Positions 48,594 through 59,184 of a stretch of 64,000 bases of DNA are shown here, one piece after another. Source of the stretch: an uncultured Bacilli bacterium (GTDB taxonomy: Bacteria > Bacillota_I > Bacilli_A > RF39 > UBA660); assembly GCA_944363925.1 (NCBI GenBank), contig CALVVS010000001.1:450-64449 (forward strand), read 5' to 3'. Numbering within the stretch: the stretch's first letter is position 1; each line of letters starts with the position of its first letter. The position numbers and the translations under genes were made by a program. The notes under the pieces were generated by a model. It was not told the origin of the DNA. It saw only the letters and a list, made by a program, of their open reading frames with translations, and ran no database searches.

Positions 48594-49649
48594 GTGAAAA
48601 ACACTTTCAAATTACTTTTAACACTCCTAATAGTGAGCCTAATATCAATTATTATATATTTAAAATTCATCAAAAATAATTCTATTGAAATACCAAAAAT
48701 AACCTTAAATGGAAAAAACATCATCACCTTATATCAAGGACAAACATATCAAGAGCCAGGATATAAAGCTACCGATGAAAAAGATGGAAACATTACAAAA
48801 AAAGTCAAAATAACGGGACAAGTAAATACAAATAAAATAGGAACATACGAATTAATATACACCGTAACCAACTCAAAAAAAGAAAGTGCGAAAGCTCATA
48901 GATTTATAAAAGTCATTAAAAATAAAACCATAAATTATAAACCAGAATATGATAACATTGATAATAAAACTAGAGGCTGGTGGGCCAATAATAAATTTGA
49001 TGGCAAAAGACCATCTGGTGGAGCTGATATAAATGAATTAAAAAAATATGATGCTTTCTATATGGGACCTGACGAAAAAGTCTTATATTTAACCTTTGAT
49101 GAAGGCGCATTAGAAACATATGTTAAAGAAATTGTCGATGTTTTAAATAAAAATAACGTCAAAGCCACTTTCTTCCTATGTCAAAAATTTATGGAAACTA
49201 ACCCAGAACTAATAAAACAAATGGCCAACACTGGTCATACTATTGCTAATCATACATCTCATCATCTAAACATGCCTACCCTTGCCACCAAAGAAAACTT
49301 TAATAAATACCTAGAAGAAATCAAAAATGTTGAACAAACCTACTACAAAATAACTGGAAAAGAAATAGAAAAAATATATCGAGACCCACGCGGTGAATGG
49401 AGCTATAGAGATTTACAAATAATAAAAGATTTAGGATATAAAACTTACTTCTATAGCGCTTATTATATGGACTTTGGTGAAAACCTATCCAAAGAAGAAG
49501 CCTTAAATGAATTAACCAAAAGAGTTCATAATGGAGCAATATATCTAATTCACCCCAAAAACAAAGGAAATTATCTTGCAATGGATACCTTTATAAAAAA
49601 CATGAAAAAACAAGGATACACATTTGACCTTGTTAAAAATATAAAATAA
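48594..49649 (+). CDS. Membrane-anchored polysaccharide deacetylase (NodB domain) with an Ig-like (DUF5011-type) domain
   Basis: TM anchor, Ig-like segment (..YKATDEKDGNITKKV..GTYELIYTVTNS), NodB motifs TFDEG, HTIANHTSHH. Confidence 0.8.
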   Translation: MKNTFKLLLTLLIVSLISIIIYLKFIKNNSIEIPKITLNGKNIITLYQGQTYQEPGYKATDEKDGNITKKVKITGQVNTNKIGTYELIYTVTNSKKESAKAHRFIKVIKNKTINYKPEYDNIDNKTRGWWANNKFDGKRPSGGADINELKKYDAFYMGPDEKVLYLTFDEGALETYVKEIVDVLNKNNVKATFFLCQKFMETNPELIKQMANTGHTIANHTSHHLNMPTLATKENFNKYLEEIKNVEQTYYKITGKEIEKIYRDPRGEWSYRDLQIIKDLGYKTYFYSAYYMDFGENLSKEEALNELTKRVHNGAIYLIHPKNKGNYLAMDTFIKNMKKQGYTFDLVKNIK

Positions 49650-49659
49650 CCCTTTATCA

Positions 49660-50862
49660 CTATGGAATTCTTAACACTTGACCTATCATTAATGTATTAC
49701 TCGTAAGACCATTTAAATCTTTTAAAGTATTAACTGTCGTTCCAAACCTATTAGCAATACTCCACAAGCTATCGCCACTTTTAACCGTATATGTATTACC
49801 ATCACTAGAAACTTTTAAAACCTGACCAATACTCAAATTATCACTAGTAAGTCCATTTAAACTTTTAAGCTCCGCTACCGTCATACCATATTTATTCGCA
49901 ATATTCCATAAACTATCGCCTGATTTAACAACATAAGTATTGCCAGAAACATTATTAGATAGACCATCAGATACCTTTAAAACCTGACCAATACTTAAAT
50001 TATCGCTAGTAAGTCCATTTAAACTTTTAAGCTCCGCTACCGTCATACCATATTGATTAGCTATCTTCCATAAACTATCACCTGATTTAACCGTATATGT
50101 ATTACCATCATTAGAAACATTAGGTATCTCCAAAATCTGACCAACACTCAAATTATTACTTGTAAGCCCATTTAAACTTTTAAGCTCATCCACACTAATA
50201 CCATATTGATTAGCTATTTTCCATAAACTATCACCGCTTTTAACTACATAATAATTATCTCCACCAGGTAAACTAGGAATATTCTCTCCATTAGCCGTTG
50301 CTATTACAGCATCGACAACAGCATCAACATATTCCTTATAATTATTTTGAATTTTAGCCAAATCCTCAGGATTATCAATAAAACCATACTCAACAATTAC
50401 TGGATGAGTATTACTCCCAGTATTCCTATGAATAAAATAATAATCCTTAGAAGTATCACTAGGAAGTCTTCTTTGATAAAACTTTCTCATCTTCTGTCCA
50501 GCATTTCCAAGTGCCTGTAAAATATTTGAAGCAAGAGTATCATCATCCCTAAGTGCATAGATAACCTCTGCCCCTTCTGCCCCTTGCGTTGCACTACCAG
50601 CAGCGTTAATATGATTAGAAATAATCACCACATTGGGATTATCACCATAAGCCGCCAAAATTCTATTAACTCTCTCAGTCGGTGAAACCGTCTCATCAAT
50701 CGAACGCACTATAGTCACCGGTACACCTCTTTTTTGAAATTCATCATACATATAATTCGCAATCATTAAAGTCAAATCTTTTTCTCTAACACCAGAACTA
50801 CTCACAGCTCCAGGATCACTGCCACCATGACCAGCATCAATTACAACCTGTAAATTATTCAT
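49660..50862 (-). CDS. N-acetylmuramoyl-L-alanine amidase (Amidase_3) with four C-terminal LysM repeats
   Basis: VIDAGHGGSDPGA N-terminus. 4x (YxVKSGDSLWxIANxYG..V..LKxLNGLTS..L.IGQ.L). Confidence 0.88.
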   Translation of the reverse strand: MNNLQVVIDAGHGGSDPGAVSSSGVREKDLTLMIANYMYDEFQKRGVPVTIVRSIDETVSPTERVNRILAAYGDNPNVVIISNHINAAGSATQGAEGAEVIYALRDDDTLASNILQALGNAGQKMRKFYQRRLPSDTSKDYYFIHRNTGSNTHPVIVEYGFIDNPEDLAKIQNNYKEYVDAVVDAVIATANGENIPSLPGGDNYYVVKSGDSLWKIANQYGISVDELKSLNGLTSNNLSVGQILEIPNVSNDGNTYTVKSGDSLWKIANQYGMTVAELKSLNGLTSDNLSIGQVLKVSDGLSNNVSGNTYVVKSGDSLWNIANKYGMTVAELKSLNGLTSDNLSIGQVLKVSSDGNTYTVKSGDSLWSIANRFGTTVNTLKDLNGLTSNTLMIGQVLRIP

Positions 50863-50888
50863 AACTTCACCCCTACATTAAAATATGT

Positions 50889-50915
50889 AAAAGTAGGCAT
50901 TTAGTTACAAAAAAA
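50889..50915. repeat. 27-bp element AAAAGTAGGCATTTAGTTACAAAAAAA (copy A), just downstream of the metG terminator and upstream of the amidase gene
   Basis: Exact match to 55538..55564. Confidence 0.9.
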
Positions 50916-50973
50916 GATGTTTAAACACCTTTTTAATTATTTTTTCAAATTAACACTATTTAAAAATTACTAG

Positions 50974-52620
50974 TTATTTATGCTTAACATGTGAAACTTC
51001 AGAATTATTTTTATCATCTATTCTTTCATACAATAATGATAAATTATTTACTTGCATATCTCCAGAAATTTTTTCTTCTTCCCACTTAAATTCTGATAAA
51101 TCAAGCATATCTTTAATTTTCTTAGAAGCATCAGGCAAAATAGGAGCAATCAAATTAGCAATATTAGCCATCATATAAACACATGTATAAGTAGTATTAT
51201 TAAAAGCATTTATATCATTTTTCACTTGATTCCATGGTTGTTGACTATCATAATACTTATTACCCAAACTAATATAATCTAAAATGGAAATAACAGCTTT
51301 CCTAAATTCGCCAGCTTCAATATGACTTCCAACTAATTTATAGATTTTAGAAGTAGTATTAACAATATTAGAATCTATAATTCCTTCTGTAATTTTACCC
51401 TCAAATTTTTTACAAATAAATGATAAATTTCTATTTACAAAATTTCCTAACATACCAACCAAAAATTTATTATGACATTGTACAATTTCCTCATAAGAAC
51501 AATTAATATCGTCTACCTCAGGGCCGTTAAATGCGAAATAAAACCTAATCGTATCTTTATCAAAATACTCTAAAAGTTCATTAGCTGTAATTAAATTACC
51601 TTTACTTTTACTCATTTTTTCATTATTTAAATTAACATAAGCACTAGAAATAATATAATCAGGTAATCTATACCCTTTGTTTAGTCCTGTCAAAAGAGCC
51701 GGAAAAATTGTAGTATGAAATGGTATATTATCTTTTCCGTGAACATAATAAGTAATTAATTTTTCATTAGAATCTGATAAAAATTCATCAAAATTAATAT
51801 TTTTTTCATTAGCAACTTGAGTGCCAGCAGAAAGATATCCAAGTACGGCTTCTATCCAAACATAAATTCTTTTATCATCATATCCTTCTACAGGTACTTC
51901 AACTCCCCAATTTAATTGTCTTGTTGCAGCTCTATCAATTAATCCAAGATTAAGAAACTTTTGTGCTTCACCAACAGCATTTTTTCTCCAGTGTTCGCCA
52001 TTTTTATTAATCAATTCTTGCAACACGGATGTAAATTTAGATAAAGCAAAATATAAATGATTGTTGTTTTTAGTAACGCAGTTAGTACCACAAGTTTTAC
52101 AATGTTTATCAAGTACTTCAGAACTGTCTAATGAAGCATTACAAACTTCACATTGGTCACCAGTACTTTTACCACCACATATTGGACAAGTTCCAACTAT
52201 CTCTCTATCCGATAAAAATGTCTCGCATGTTTCACAGTAATCTTGAGGTACTTCTTTTGCATAAATATAGCCATTTTCAATTAACTTTTTAAAATTATCC
52301 TGAACATATGATTGATGGAAATTATCCATTGTATTTGAATACAAATCATATTCAAACCCTAAATTATCAAAAGTCTTTTTAAATTCTTGATGATAATATG
52401 TAGCAATTTTCTGAGGAGAAACACCTTCTTTTTTCGCCCTTTCAGTTATAGGTGTACCATGACAATCAGAACCAGATACATAAATTACATTATCTCCATT
52501 GCCTCTAAAATATTTTGCTAAAATATCCCCTGGTAATAATGCCGCCAAATGACCAACATGCAAAAAATAATTAGCATACGGCCATGCTCCTCCAATAAAA
52601 ATATCTCTCTTTTGTATCAT
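50974..52620 (-). CDS. metG: Methionyl-tRNA synthetase (short form lacking the C-terminal tRNA-binding domain)
   Basis: HVGHL (HIGH), KMSKS, two zinc knuckles (CETCE..CPICGG ; CEVC..CKTCG). Confidence 0.93.
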   Translation of the reverse strand: MIQKRDIFIGGAWPYANYFLHVGHLAALLPGDILAKYFRGNGDNVIYVSGSDCHGTPITERAKKEGVSPQKIATYYHQEFKKTFDNLGFEYDLYSNTMDNFHQSYVQDNFKKLIENGYIYAKEVPQDYCETCETFLSDREIVGTCPICGGKSTGDQCEVCNASLDSSEVLDKHCKTCGTNCVTKNNNHLYFALSKFTSVLQELINKNGEHWRKNAVGEAQKFLNLGLIDRAATRQLNWGVEVPVEGYDDKRIYVWIEAVLGYLSAGTQVANEKNINFDEFLSDSNEKLITYYVHGKDNIPFHTTIFPALLTGLNKGYRLPDYIISSAYVNLNNEKMSKSKGNLITANELLEYFDKDTIRFYFAFNGPEVDDINCSYEEIVQCHNKFLVGMLGNFVNRNLSFICKKFEGKITEGIIDSNIVNTTSKIYKLVGSHIEAGEFRKAVISILDYISLGNKYYDSQQPWNQVKNDINAFNNTTYTCVYMMANIANLIAPILPDASKKIKDMLDLSEFKWEEEKISGDMQVNNLSLLYERIDDKNNSEVSHVKHK

Positions 52621-52726
52621 ATTATTTACCCTCTCACAAAATATTTATAACTAAATTACTACATTATTAAATGCCTTGTCAACACATTTTTAACATTTTT
52701 TACATTTTTTTAGCAATTTTAACATA

Positions 52727-52769
52727 CAAAAAAAGACTGTCATTGAACCATAAGTTACAGTCTTTTTCT
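52727..52769 (-). terminator. Rho-independent terminator after the S66 peptidase gene
   Basis: agactgt..acagtct stem with a U-run on the minus strand. Confidence 0.65.
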
Positions 52770-52782
52770 AACATTTTTAATT

Positions 52783-53823
52783 TTAATCACTCATTGGTTT
52801 TTCTAAAAAAATTATCTCTTTATTATCAAGATCTATTCTTATTTTTTGTCCCATAGGAAAAATACACATTGGAGCTGTATGTCCAATATTTACATTATAT
52901 AAAATTGGCAAATTTGGTCTACCAGCTTCTTCGGCAATTAGTCTTTTATACACTTCTTTATACTCTTCATAATATTTCTCGTCTTGAGGTTTTCCAATGA
53001 CAATTCCATTAATTTCATCAATTATACCTTGAGCAATTAAGTTTCTTAAATAATATTCGATGTAATCAGGTTCAACTTCATCTTCACTAGTTTCTAAAAA
53101 TAATATTCTATCTTTCCATTCACTTTTCTTAGGCCATATTTCTGTACCAATAAACATTGGAAACACATCAAAACAACCACCAAGCAAATATCCTTCTACA
53201 CTTCCTTTACCTTGTAAAACTTCATATCCATGTTTTTCGTCATTCATTTTTCTTTTAACATTATCATATTCAGCATTAGACCAATCTAAAAATTCACTAG
53301 TCCACTTTGAACTTGAAGTAATTTTAATATTTTCCTTATTTTGAAATAACACTTCGTCTACATACTTTTTTGTATATTCGTGCATTTTAAAATTTTCAGC
53401 AAATTCACCCATTACTGATGGTCCATAATATGATGTTACTCCAGCCTTATACATCATAAAATGATTAACTGTTGTATCAGAATAACCCATAAACACTTTA
53501 GGATTATTTTTGATAGTTTCATAATCAATATATGGTAAAAGCCTAACGGTATCAGCTCCACCTATATTACATATAATACCTTTTATAGATTTATCTTTAA
53601 TAGCATCCATAAAATCTTTAGCACGAGCTTCCGGATGTTTAGAAAGATATTCACTTCCTTTTAAAGCATTAGGCATAGTAACAACAGTTAAGCCAAACAC
53701 TTCTTCAAGTCTTTTTTTTCCTTGTTCATACCTATGTTTAAATAGTTTATCACCAGCTGTACCACTTGAAAGACTAACAATAGCGACTTTATCGCCTTTA
53801 CATAACTTTTTTGGTTTAATCAT
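52783..53823 (-). CDS. S66-family serine peptidase (LD-carboxypeptidase / MccF-like)
   Basis: Nucleophile motif FMGYSDTT, and the His region NIGHTAPM. Confidence 0.85.
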   Translation of the reverse strand: MIKPKKLCKGDKVAIVSLSSGTAGDKLFKHRYEQGKKRLEEVFGLTVVTMPNALKGSEYLSKHPEARAKDFMDAIKDKSIKGIICNIGGADTVRLLPYIDYETIKNNPKVFMGYSDTTVNHFMMYKAGVTSYYGPSVMGEFAENFKMHEYTKKYVDEVLFQNKENIKITSSSKWTSEFLDWSNAEYDNVKRKMNDEKHGYEVLQGKGSVEGYLLGGCFDVFPMFIGTEIWPKKSEWKDRILFLETSEDEVEPDYIEYYLRNLIAQGIIDEINGIVIGKPQDEKYYEEYKEVYKRLIAEEAGRPNLPILYNVNIGHTAPMCIFPMGQKIRIDLDNKEIIFLEKPMSD

Positions 53824-53832
53824 AAACTTTCC

Positions 53833-53949
53833 TCACTTTTTCAAATTTTTCATTGTATTTTTTTGACTTTTTAAATCATTAAATAAATTATTACCAACAA
53901 AATTAGTAAAACCATCAACTGGATTACTTAAAATATAAATTTTTTTCAT
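53833..53949 (-). CDS. 38-codon sORF between the two S66 genes. Its start overlaps the stop of the GNAT::S66 gene (ATGA) and its stop sits inside the RBS of the downstream S66 gene.
   Basis: MKKIYILSNPVDGFTNFVGNNLFNDLKSQKNTMKNLKK. It is not in the ORF track (under 60 aa). Confidence 0.3.
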   Translation of the reverse strand: MKKIYILSNPVDGFTNFVGNNLFNDLKSQKNTMKNLKK

Positions 53950-55379
53950 TGTAATACTTCCTCATTAATAATCAACTTACTATTATAACCAGTTAAAGTA
54001 ACTTGGGCACCTACCGGAAGAACACAGTTAATACCAGCATGACCAAAATCATGACATTTTACTATCGGAAAATCATAATCAATTAATTCCGGCAATACTA
54101 AATCTTCTAATTTTACATTTGCTTCATTAATATAATCAGCTAATAGAATTCCTTTAACTCTTTGCATTATTCCTTTTTTCTTTAATATATTAATGTTTTT
54201 AATAATATCTTGTTTGCTAGAAGCACCTTCTAAATCTTCCAAAAAAAGTATAATATTTTCATCTTTAGGAACATATCCCATTTCACATAGCATTGTAAAA
54301 CATGTTAAATTTCCGCCTATTAACGTACCAGTTCCAACACCATCTTTCAATGTTTTCCAAGCACTTTTTTGTGGGATAGCGCCAATTTTTTTATCTAAAA
54401 ACATATTAACAAAACATGTTTCATTATATTCATCATTTTTTATAAATCGTTTAAAATCAGACATATGAAATGTTATTAATCCCGTCATAGCATATATAGC
54501 ATTAAGTAAAAATGTACCGTCACTAATTCCAGTAAAAACTTTAGGATTATTTTTAATAATGTCAAAATGGATATAATTAAGTAAATAACTACAAAATTGG
54601 CCGCCTTTAGCACAAAATATACCATTAATTTTTGGATTTTCAAACATAGCTTCTATATCATCCACTTTTTCTTTTATTTTAATTTCTTTATCATTTGATA
54701 TTGAATAAGCATTTTTACTTATTTCTACTTTAATTCCTAATTCATTACATTTAATAATAGATTCTTGAATATCATTTTTATTACTCTCTTTTAAATTAGT
54801 TGATGGAGCAATAACACCAACTGTAGAGCTTTTTAAATTTTTAGGTTTTAGCTTTGTACTTCCTAAATTAATCCAATAACGCTGAAATTTATTGCCTTTA
54901 TCATCATTTACGGTATTTTCTAATTTTCCACCAACACTTATAATTGCTTTTGCAGAAGCAATATTTTTTTCATTACATGTTAATAATACATATTGAATAT
55001 TTAATTTTTTACATATATCTAAAGCAAATTGCAAAGAAAGTTCAGCATATCCTTTTTTTCTCTCACTTGGACAAGTACTTCCGGCAATATGTCCACCATA
55101 TAAATAAAGTCCTTTATCTAGTTTGTGACAAACTGTAAAAGTCCCTATTACTTTATCATCACTTTTACGATATAAAGCATATAAACTTTTAGAAACACCA
55201 AATTTACCTTCTTCAAATTGTTTTAAAACTTCTAACCATTTTTCAAAACTTATATTTGTATCAAATCTTAAATCCCCGATAATTTCATTTTCACCGTTAT
55301 TATAAAAATCATTTCTATATGACAAAAACTGTTTTTCATATTTTTTTGAAGGCTTTATCAAAATAATATCTTTATTCAT
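53946..55379 (-). CDS. Fusion protein: N-terminal GNAT (RimL/Acetyltransf_3-like) acetyltransferase plus C-terminal S66 LD-carboxypeptidase/MccF-like peptidase
   Basis: N-terminal roughly 170 aa: ..HIAGSTCPSERKKGYAELSLQFALDICKKLNIQYVLLTCNEKNIASAKAIISVGGKLE (GNAT core). C-terminal: FTGISDGTF nucleophile motif and DFGHAGIN. Confidence 0.8.
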   Translation of the reverse strand: MNKDIILIKPSKKYEKQFLSYRNDFYNNGENEIIGDLRFDTNISFEKWLEVLKQFEEGKFGVSKSLYALYRKSDDKVIGTFTVCHKLDKGLYLYGGHIAGSTCPSERKKGYAELSLQFALDICKKLNIQYVLLTCNEKNIASAKAIISVGGKLENTVNDDKGNKFQRYWINLGSTKLKPKNLKSSTVGVIAPSTNLKESNKNDIQESIIKCNELGIKVEISKNAYSISNDKEIKIKEKVDDIEAMFENPKINGIFCAKGGQFCSYLLNYIHFDIIKNNPKVFTGISDGTFLLNAIYAMTGLITFHMSDFKRFIKNDEYNETCFVNMFLDKKIGAIPQKSAWKTLKDGVGTGTLIGGNLTCFTMLCEMGYVPKDENIILFLEDLEGASSKQDIIKNINILKKKGIMQRVKGILLADYINEANVKLEDLVLPELIDYDFPIVKCHDFGHAGINCVLPVGAQVTLTGYNSKLIINEEVLQ

Positions 55380-55537
55380 ATTTTATTTTCTCCTTTAATT
55401 TTTTAACTTGTTCAGTTATTTTTTATAAATTGGCTCTTTTTTATCAAAACAGCTTTATTTAAAAAATAGTCGTATTTTTAAATAACCTATCACTTACTTT
55501 TTCATCACTGACTAAATAATGATACATATATTATCTA

Positions 55538-55564
55538 AAAAGTAGGCATTTAGTTACAAAAAAA
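55538..55564. repeat. 27-bp element AAAAGTAGGCATTTAGTTACAAAAAAA (copy B), just downstream of the leuS terminator
   Basis: Exact match to 50889..50915. Confidence 0.9.
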
Positions 55565-55592
55565 CTATATATATAATTAAAACTATATATAG
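55558..55592 (-). terminator. leuS rho-independent terminator
   Basis: CTATATATAG..ATATATATAG hairpin followed by T7 on the minus strand. Confidence 0.6.
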
Positions 55593-55656
55593 TTCTTTTA
55601 AAACAAACTTTAAATAACTCTAACCATTTTAAAAATTTCTTCATAATTTTTTATAA

Positions 55657-58050
55657 TCACTTAACCACAATATTTACTATCTTATTTGGAATAACAATTT
55701 CCTTAACAATATTTTTGTTTTCAATATACTTTTTAATATTATCTATTTTATATACTTTATTTAAAATACTATTTTTATCTTCATTAATCTCAGTCTCTAT
55801 ACTTCCTCTTAATTTACCATTAATTTGAATACCTATAGTAATTTTATCATCCAATACTTTGTTCTCATCATATGTTGGCCAAGATTCATACGCTATTGTA
55901 TTATCATGACCTAACATCATCCAAATTTCTTCAGTAAGATAAGGTGCTATAGGATTCAAAAGCTTAATAAAATCTTCAGCCATATTTTTAGGAAAAACTT
56001 CTTCCTTATAAACCGCATTTATAAAAATCATCATTTGACTAATAGCCGTATTAAAATTCAAACTTTCAAAATCCTTCGTAACCTTTTTTACAGTTTGATT
56101 ATAAACCTTCTCTAAATTTGGATTATTTTTATTAACAATCTTATCAGAAGTATATAACCTATAAATTCTTTCTAGAAAACGCTTCGCCCCTTCTACTCCC
56201 TCTGTACTCCAAGGCTTATCTGATTCTAAAGGTCCCATAAACATTTCATATAACCTAATCGTATCAGCTCCATAATTTTCAACAATATCATTTGGATCAA
56301 CAGAATATTCTGGATATCTTTTTCCCATTTTAATACCATTAGAACCTAAAATCATCCCTTGATGCACTAACTTTTTAAACGGTTCTTTAAAAGGCGTAAT
56401 ACCCTTATCGTATAAATAATGATTCCACATTCTAGAATATAAAAGATGTCCAACCGCATGTTCTGGTCCTCCAACATATAAATCAACTGGCATCCAATGC
56501 TCTAATAATTTTTTATCTGCTAATTCGTTATTATTATTTGGATCAATATATCTTAAATAATACCAACTAGAGCCAGCCGAACCAGGCATCGTCGAAGTTT
56601 CTCTTTTCACATCTTTTCCTTTATAAGTTGTATTAACCCAATCCTCAGCTTTTGATAAAGGAGATTCCCCCGTCTTGCTTGGAGAATAATCTTTAAGTTT
56701 TGGTAAAATTAATGGTAAATCCTCTTTATCTAAAATACCTATTTTACCGTCTGGATAATATACTATCGGAATAGGTTCACCCCAGTATCTTTGTCTAGCA
56801 AAAATCCATTCGTGAATTTTATAATTTACTTTTCTCTCTCCAAACTTTTTCTCTTCTAACCACTCTATCATTTTATTAATAGAATCATCCTTATTAAGTC
56901 CATTTAAAAATTCCGAATTAACATGTATGCCATCACCTACATATGCCTCCTTAGAAATATCACCGCCATCAATAACTGGTATAATCTCTAAATCAAACTT
57001 TTTAGCAAATTGATAATCTCTTGAATCATGAGCCGGCACCGCCATAATAGCACCCGTACCATATGTTGCAAGCACATAATCACTCACCCATATAGGAATT
57101 TTCTTATTATTCACTGGATTAATTGCATAAGCACCCGTAAAAACACCTGTTTTATCCTTATTTAATTCAGTTCGCTCCAAATCAGATTTTAATGAAGCTT
57201 CTTTTTGATATCCCTCTACTTTATCCGCACAATCATCTTTTACTATCTTTGATAATAATTTATGTTCAGGAGATAAAACACAATAAGTTGCCCCATATAA
57301 AGTATCTGGCCTAGTCGTAAATACTTCAAATTCTAAATCACTATCATCAACTTTAAACTTCACTTGTGCCCCAATAGACTTTCCAATCCAATTTCTTTGT
57401 ATTTCCTTAGTTGACTCTGGCCAATCAATCTCATCTAATCCAGACAAAAGTTTTTCTGCATACTTAGGTATATCAATAACCCATTGCTTCATTTTTTTTC
57501 GAACAACAGGAAATCCACCTCTCTCACTTTTTCCATCTATAATCTCATCATTAGCCAATACTGTACCTAACCCCTCACACCAATTCACTGGCATCTCAAC
57601 AATTTTAGCTAATCCATCCTTATACAACTGTTCAAAAATCCACTGTGTCCATTTGTAAAATTTTGGATCTGAAGTCGATAACTCTTTTGACCAATCATAA
57701 GAAAATCCAAGCAAATTTAATTGTTTTTTAAAAGTTGCAATATTCTTTTCAGTAAATCCATCAGGATGATTACCTGTCTTAATAGCATACTGTTCAGCCG
57801 GCAAACCAAAAGAATCCCATCCCATAGGGTGTAAAACATTAAATCCTTGCATCCTTTTCATTCGCGCAATAACATCCGTTGCCGTATACCCTTCTACATG
57901 TCCAGCATGCAAACCAACACCAGATGGATAAGGAAACATATCTAAAACATAATACTTAGGTTTTGAAAAATCCCAAACATCAGTTTTAAAAGTTTGATGT
58001 TCCTCCCAATATTTTCTCCATTTTTTTTCTATTTCTTTATAATCATACAT
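55657..58050 (-). CDS. leuS: Leucyl-tRNA synthetase
   Basis: [12 protein letters not shown] (HIGH), KMGKRYP (KMSKS), CP1 editing domain. Confidence 0.95.
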   Translation of the reverse strand: MYDYKEIEKKWRKYWEEHQTFKTDVWDFSKPKYYVLDMFPYPSGVGLHAGHVEGYTATDVIARMKRMQGFNVLHPMGWDSFGLPAEQYAIKTGNHPDGFTEKNIATFKKQLNLLGFSYDWSKELSTSDPKFYKWTQWIFEQLYKDGLAKIVEMPVNWCEGLGTVLANDEIIDGKSERGGFPVVRKKMKQWVIDIPKYAEKLLSGLDEIDWPESTKEIQRNWIGKSIGAQVKFKVDDSDLEFEVFTTRPDTLYGATYCVLSPEHKLLSKIVKDDCADKVEGYQKEASLKSDLERTELNKDKTGVFTGAYAINPVNNKKIPIWVSDYVLATYGTGAIMAVPAHDSRDYQFAKKFDLEIIPVIDGGDISKEAYVGDGIHVNSEFLNGLNKDDSINKMIEWLEEKKFGERKVNYKIHEWIFARQRYWGEPIPIVYYPDGKIGILDKEDLPLILPKLKDYSPSKTGESPLSKAEDWVNTTYKGKDVKRETSTMPGSAGSSWYYLRYIDPNNNNELADKKLLEHWMPVDLYVGGPEHAVGHLLYSRMWNHYLYDKGITPFKEPFKKLVHQGMILGSNGIKMGKRYPEYSVDPNDIVENYGADTIRLYEMFMGPLESDKPWSTEGVEGAKRFLERIYRLYTSDKIVNKNNPNLEKVYNQTVKKVTKDFESLNFNTAISQMMIFINAVYKEEVFPKNMAEDFIKLLNPIAPYLTEEIWMMLGHDNTIAYESWPTYDENKVLDDKITIGIQINGKLRGSIETEINEDKNSILNKVYKIDNIKKYIENKNIVKEIVIPNKIVNIVVK

Positions 58051-58281
58051 TAACGAACTCCTCCTTTTGTAACGATTATACCATAAATATTAAATTAATG
58101 CTAAAGCAGTCATATAATCCCTTAAATATAATTTGACATATACATTAAATATACAATTTTTACTTACATAAAGTCCCCATCTATCTTTACTTTATAACAT
58201 ATAATCAATTAATACCTATTCAAACAAGCAAACAAACATACAAAAAAGATGTATAAACATCCCTTAACTTTAAAATTAAGT

Positions 58282-59172
58282 TCAATACCACTTCTTCTTC
58301 ATTGAAAATTTTCTGTGCTTACTAAATATAATCACATCCATCTGCATAGGACATAAATGATTTAAAAAATGTAACTTCTTAGGCGCACATTTTGAGATCT
58401 TAATCACCCCACCAGTAACCAGAATATAACCATTACCAATTTTTCTAATCCCTCTAACATTCTTAGGAAAAAACTTCTTTTTAGGACTAATAATACCTCT
58501 TGTAAATTCACCCACACCAAATGGAACACATCCATCATGAGTATGACCACAAATAATTAAATCATACTTATTTAATAAAGATATACATCTTTTATCATCA
58601 CTAAATTCAGGTGAATGCACCAAAGCCACCGATGGCAAACGCTTATCAACATTCTTATAAAGTAAATCATGCTTACTAAAATCATCATAAAACTCTTTAA
58701 AATCATAATTTTTCCTGCGATAATACTTAATAGTCTCCGTATACCCCATAAGCCAAAGCTCATCATCAGAATAAACATCATTATCTAATAATGTAATACC
58801 TTGAATATTCTTTATAACCAAACTAATTTTTTCCTTATAACTACTATAATTTTCTCTATGAATATAATCGTGATTTCCTAAAACAACAAAAGTTTTTGCC
58901 ACTTTAGCTGAAAACTCAAGTAAATGCTTTAACTTAAATAAAGACTCACTATTATTAATTTCTTCTACTCTATCAATCAAATCACCAACAAAAACAATAT
59001 AATCAGCCTTTTCTTTTAAAAACTGTCTTTCTATTCTTTTTATCTTTTTAAAACTAACCAAATTACTAATATGTATATCACTAATTGCTAAAATCTTTAA
59101 ATCATCAGTAACCTTTTCATTATATAAATTAATATACCTAACTTGTAAATAATCATCAACAAATATTCTCAT
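58282..59172 (-). CDS. Calcineurin-like metallophosphoesterase
   Basis: DIH..., GDLIDR, GNHD, GHTH motifs. Confidence 0.8.
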   Translation of the reverse strand: MRIFVDDYLQVRYINLYNEKVTDDLKILAISDIHISNLVSFKKIKRIERQFLKEKADYIVFVGDLIDRVEEINNSESLFKLKHLLEFSAKVAKTFVVLGNHDYIHRENYSSYKEKISLVIKNIQGITLLDNDVYSDDELWLMGYTETIKYYRRKNYDFKEFYDDFSKHDLLYKNVDKRLPSVALVHSPEFSDDKRCISLLNKYDLIICGHTHDGCVPFGVGEFTRGIISPKKKFFPKNVRGIRKIGNGYILVTGGVIKISKCAPKKLHFLNHLCPMQMDVIIFSKHRKFSMKKKWY

Positions 59173-59184
59173 ACCTCACCCCTT

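Noticed and set aside
58051-58281. Near-palindromic AT-rich segment TAAATATAATTTGACATATACATTAAATATA upstream of leuS as an operator
   Set aside because: The reverse complement is not identical over more than 6 bp. It probably reflects overlapping -35/-10-like AT-rich promoter elements, so it was not called a feature.
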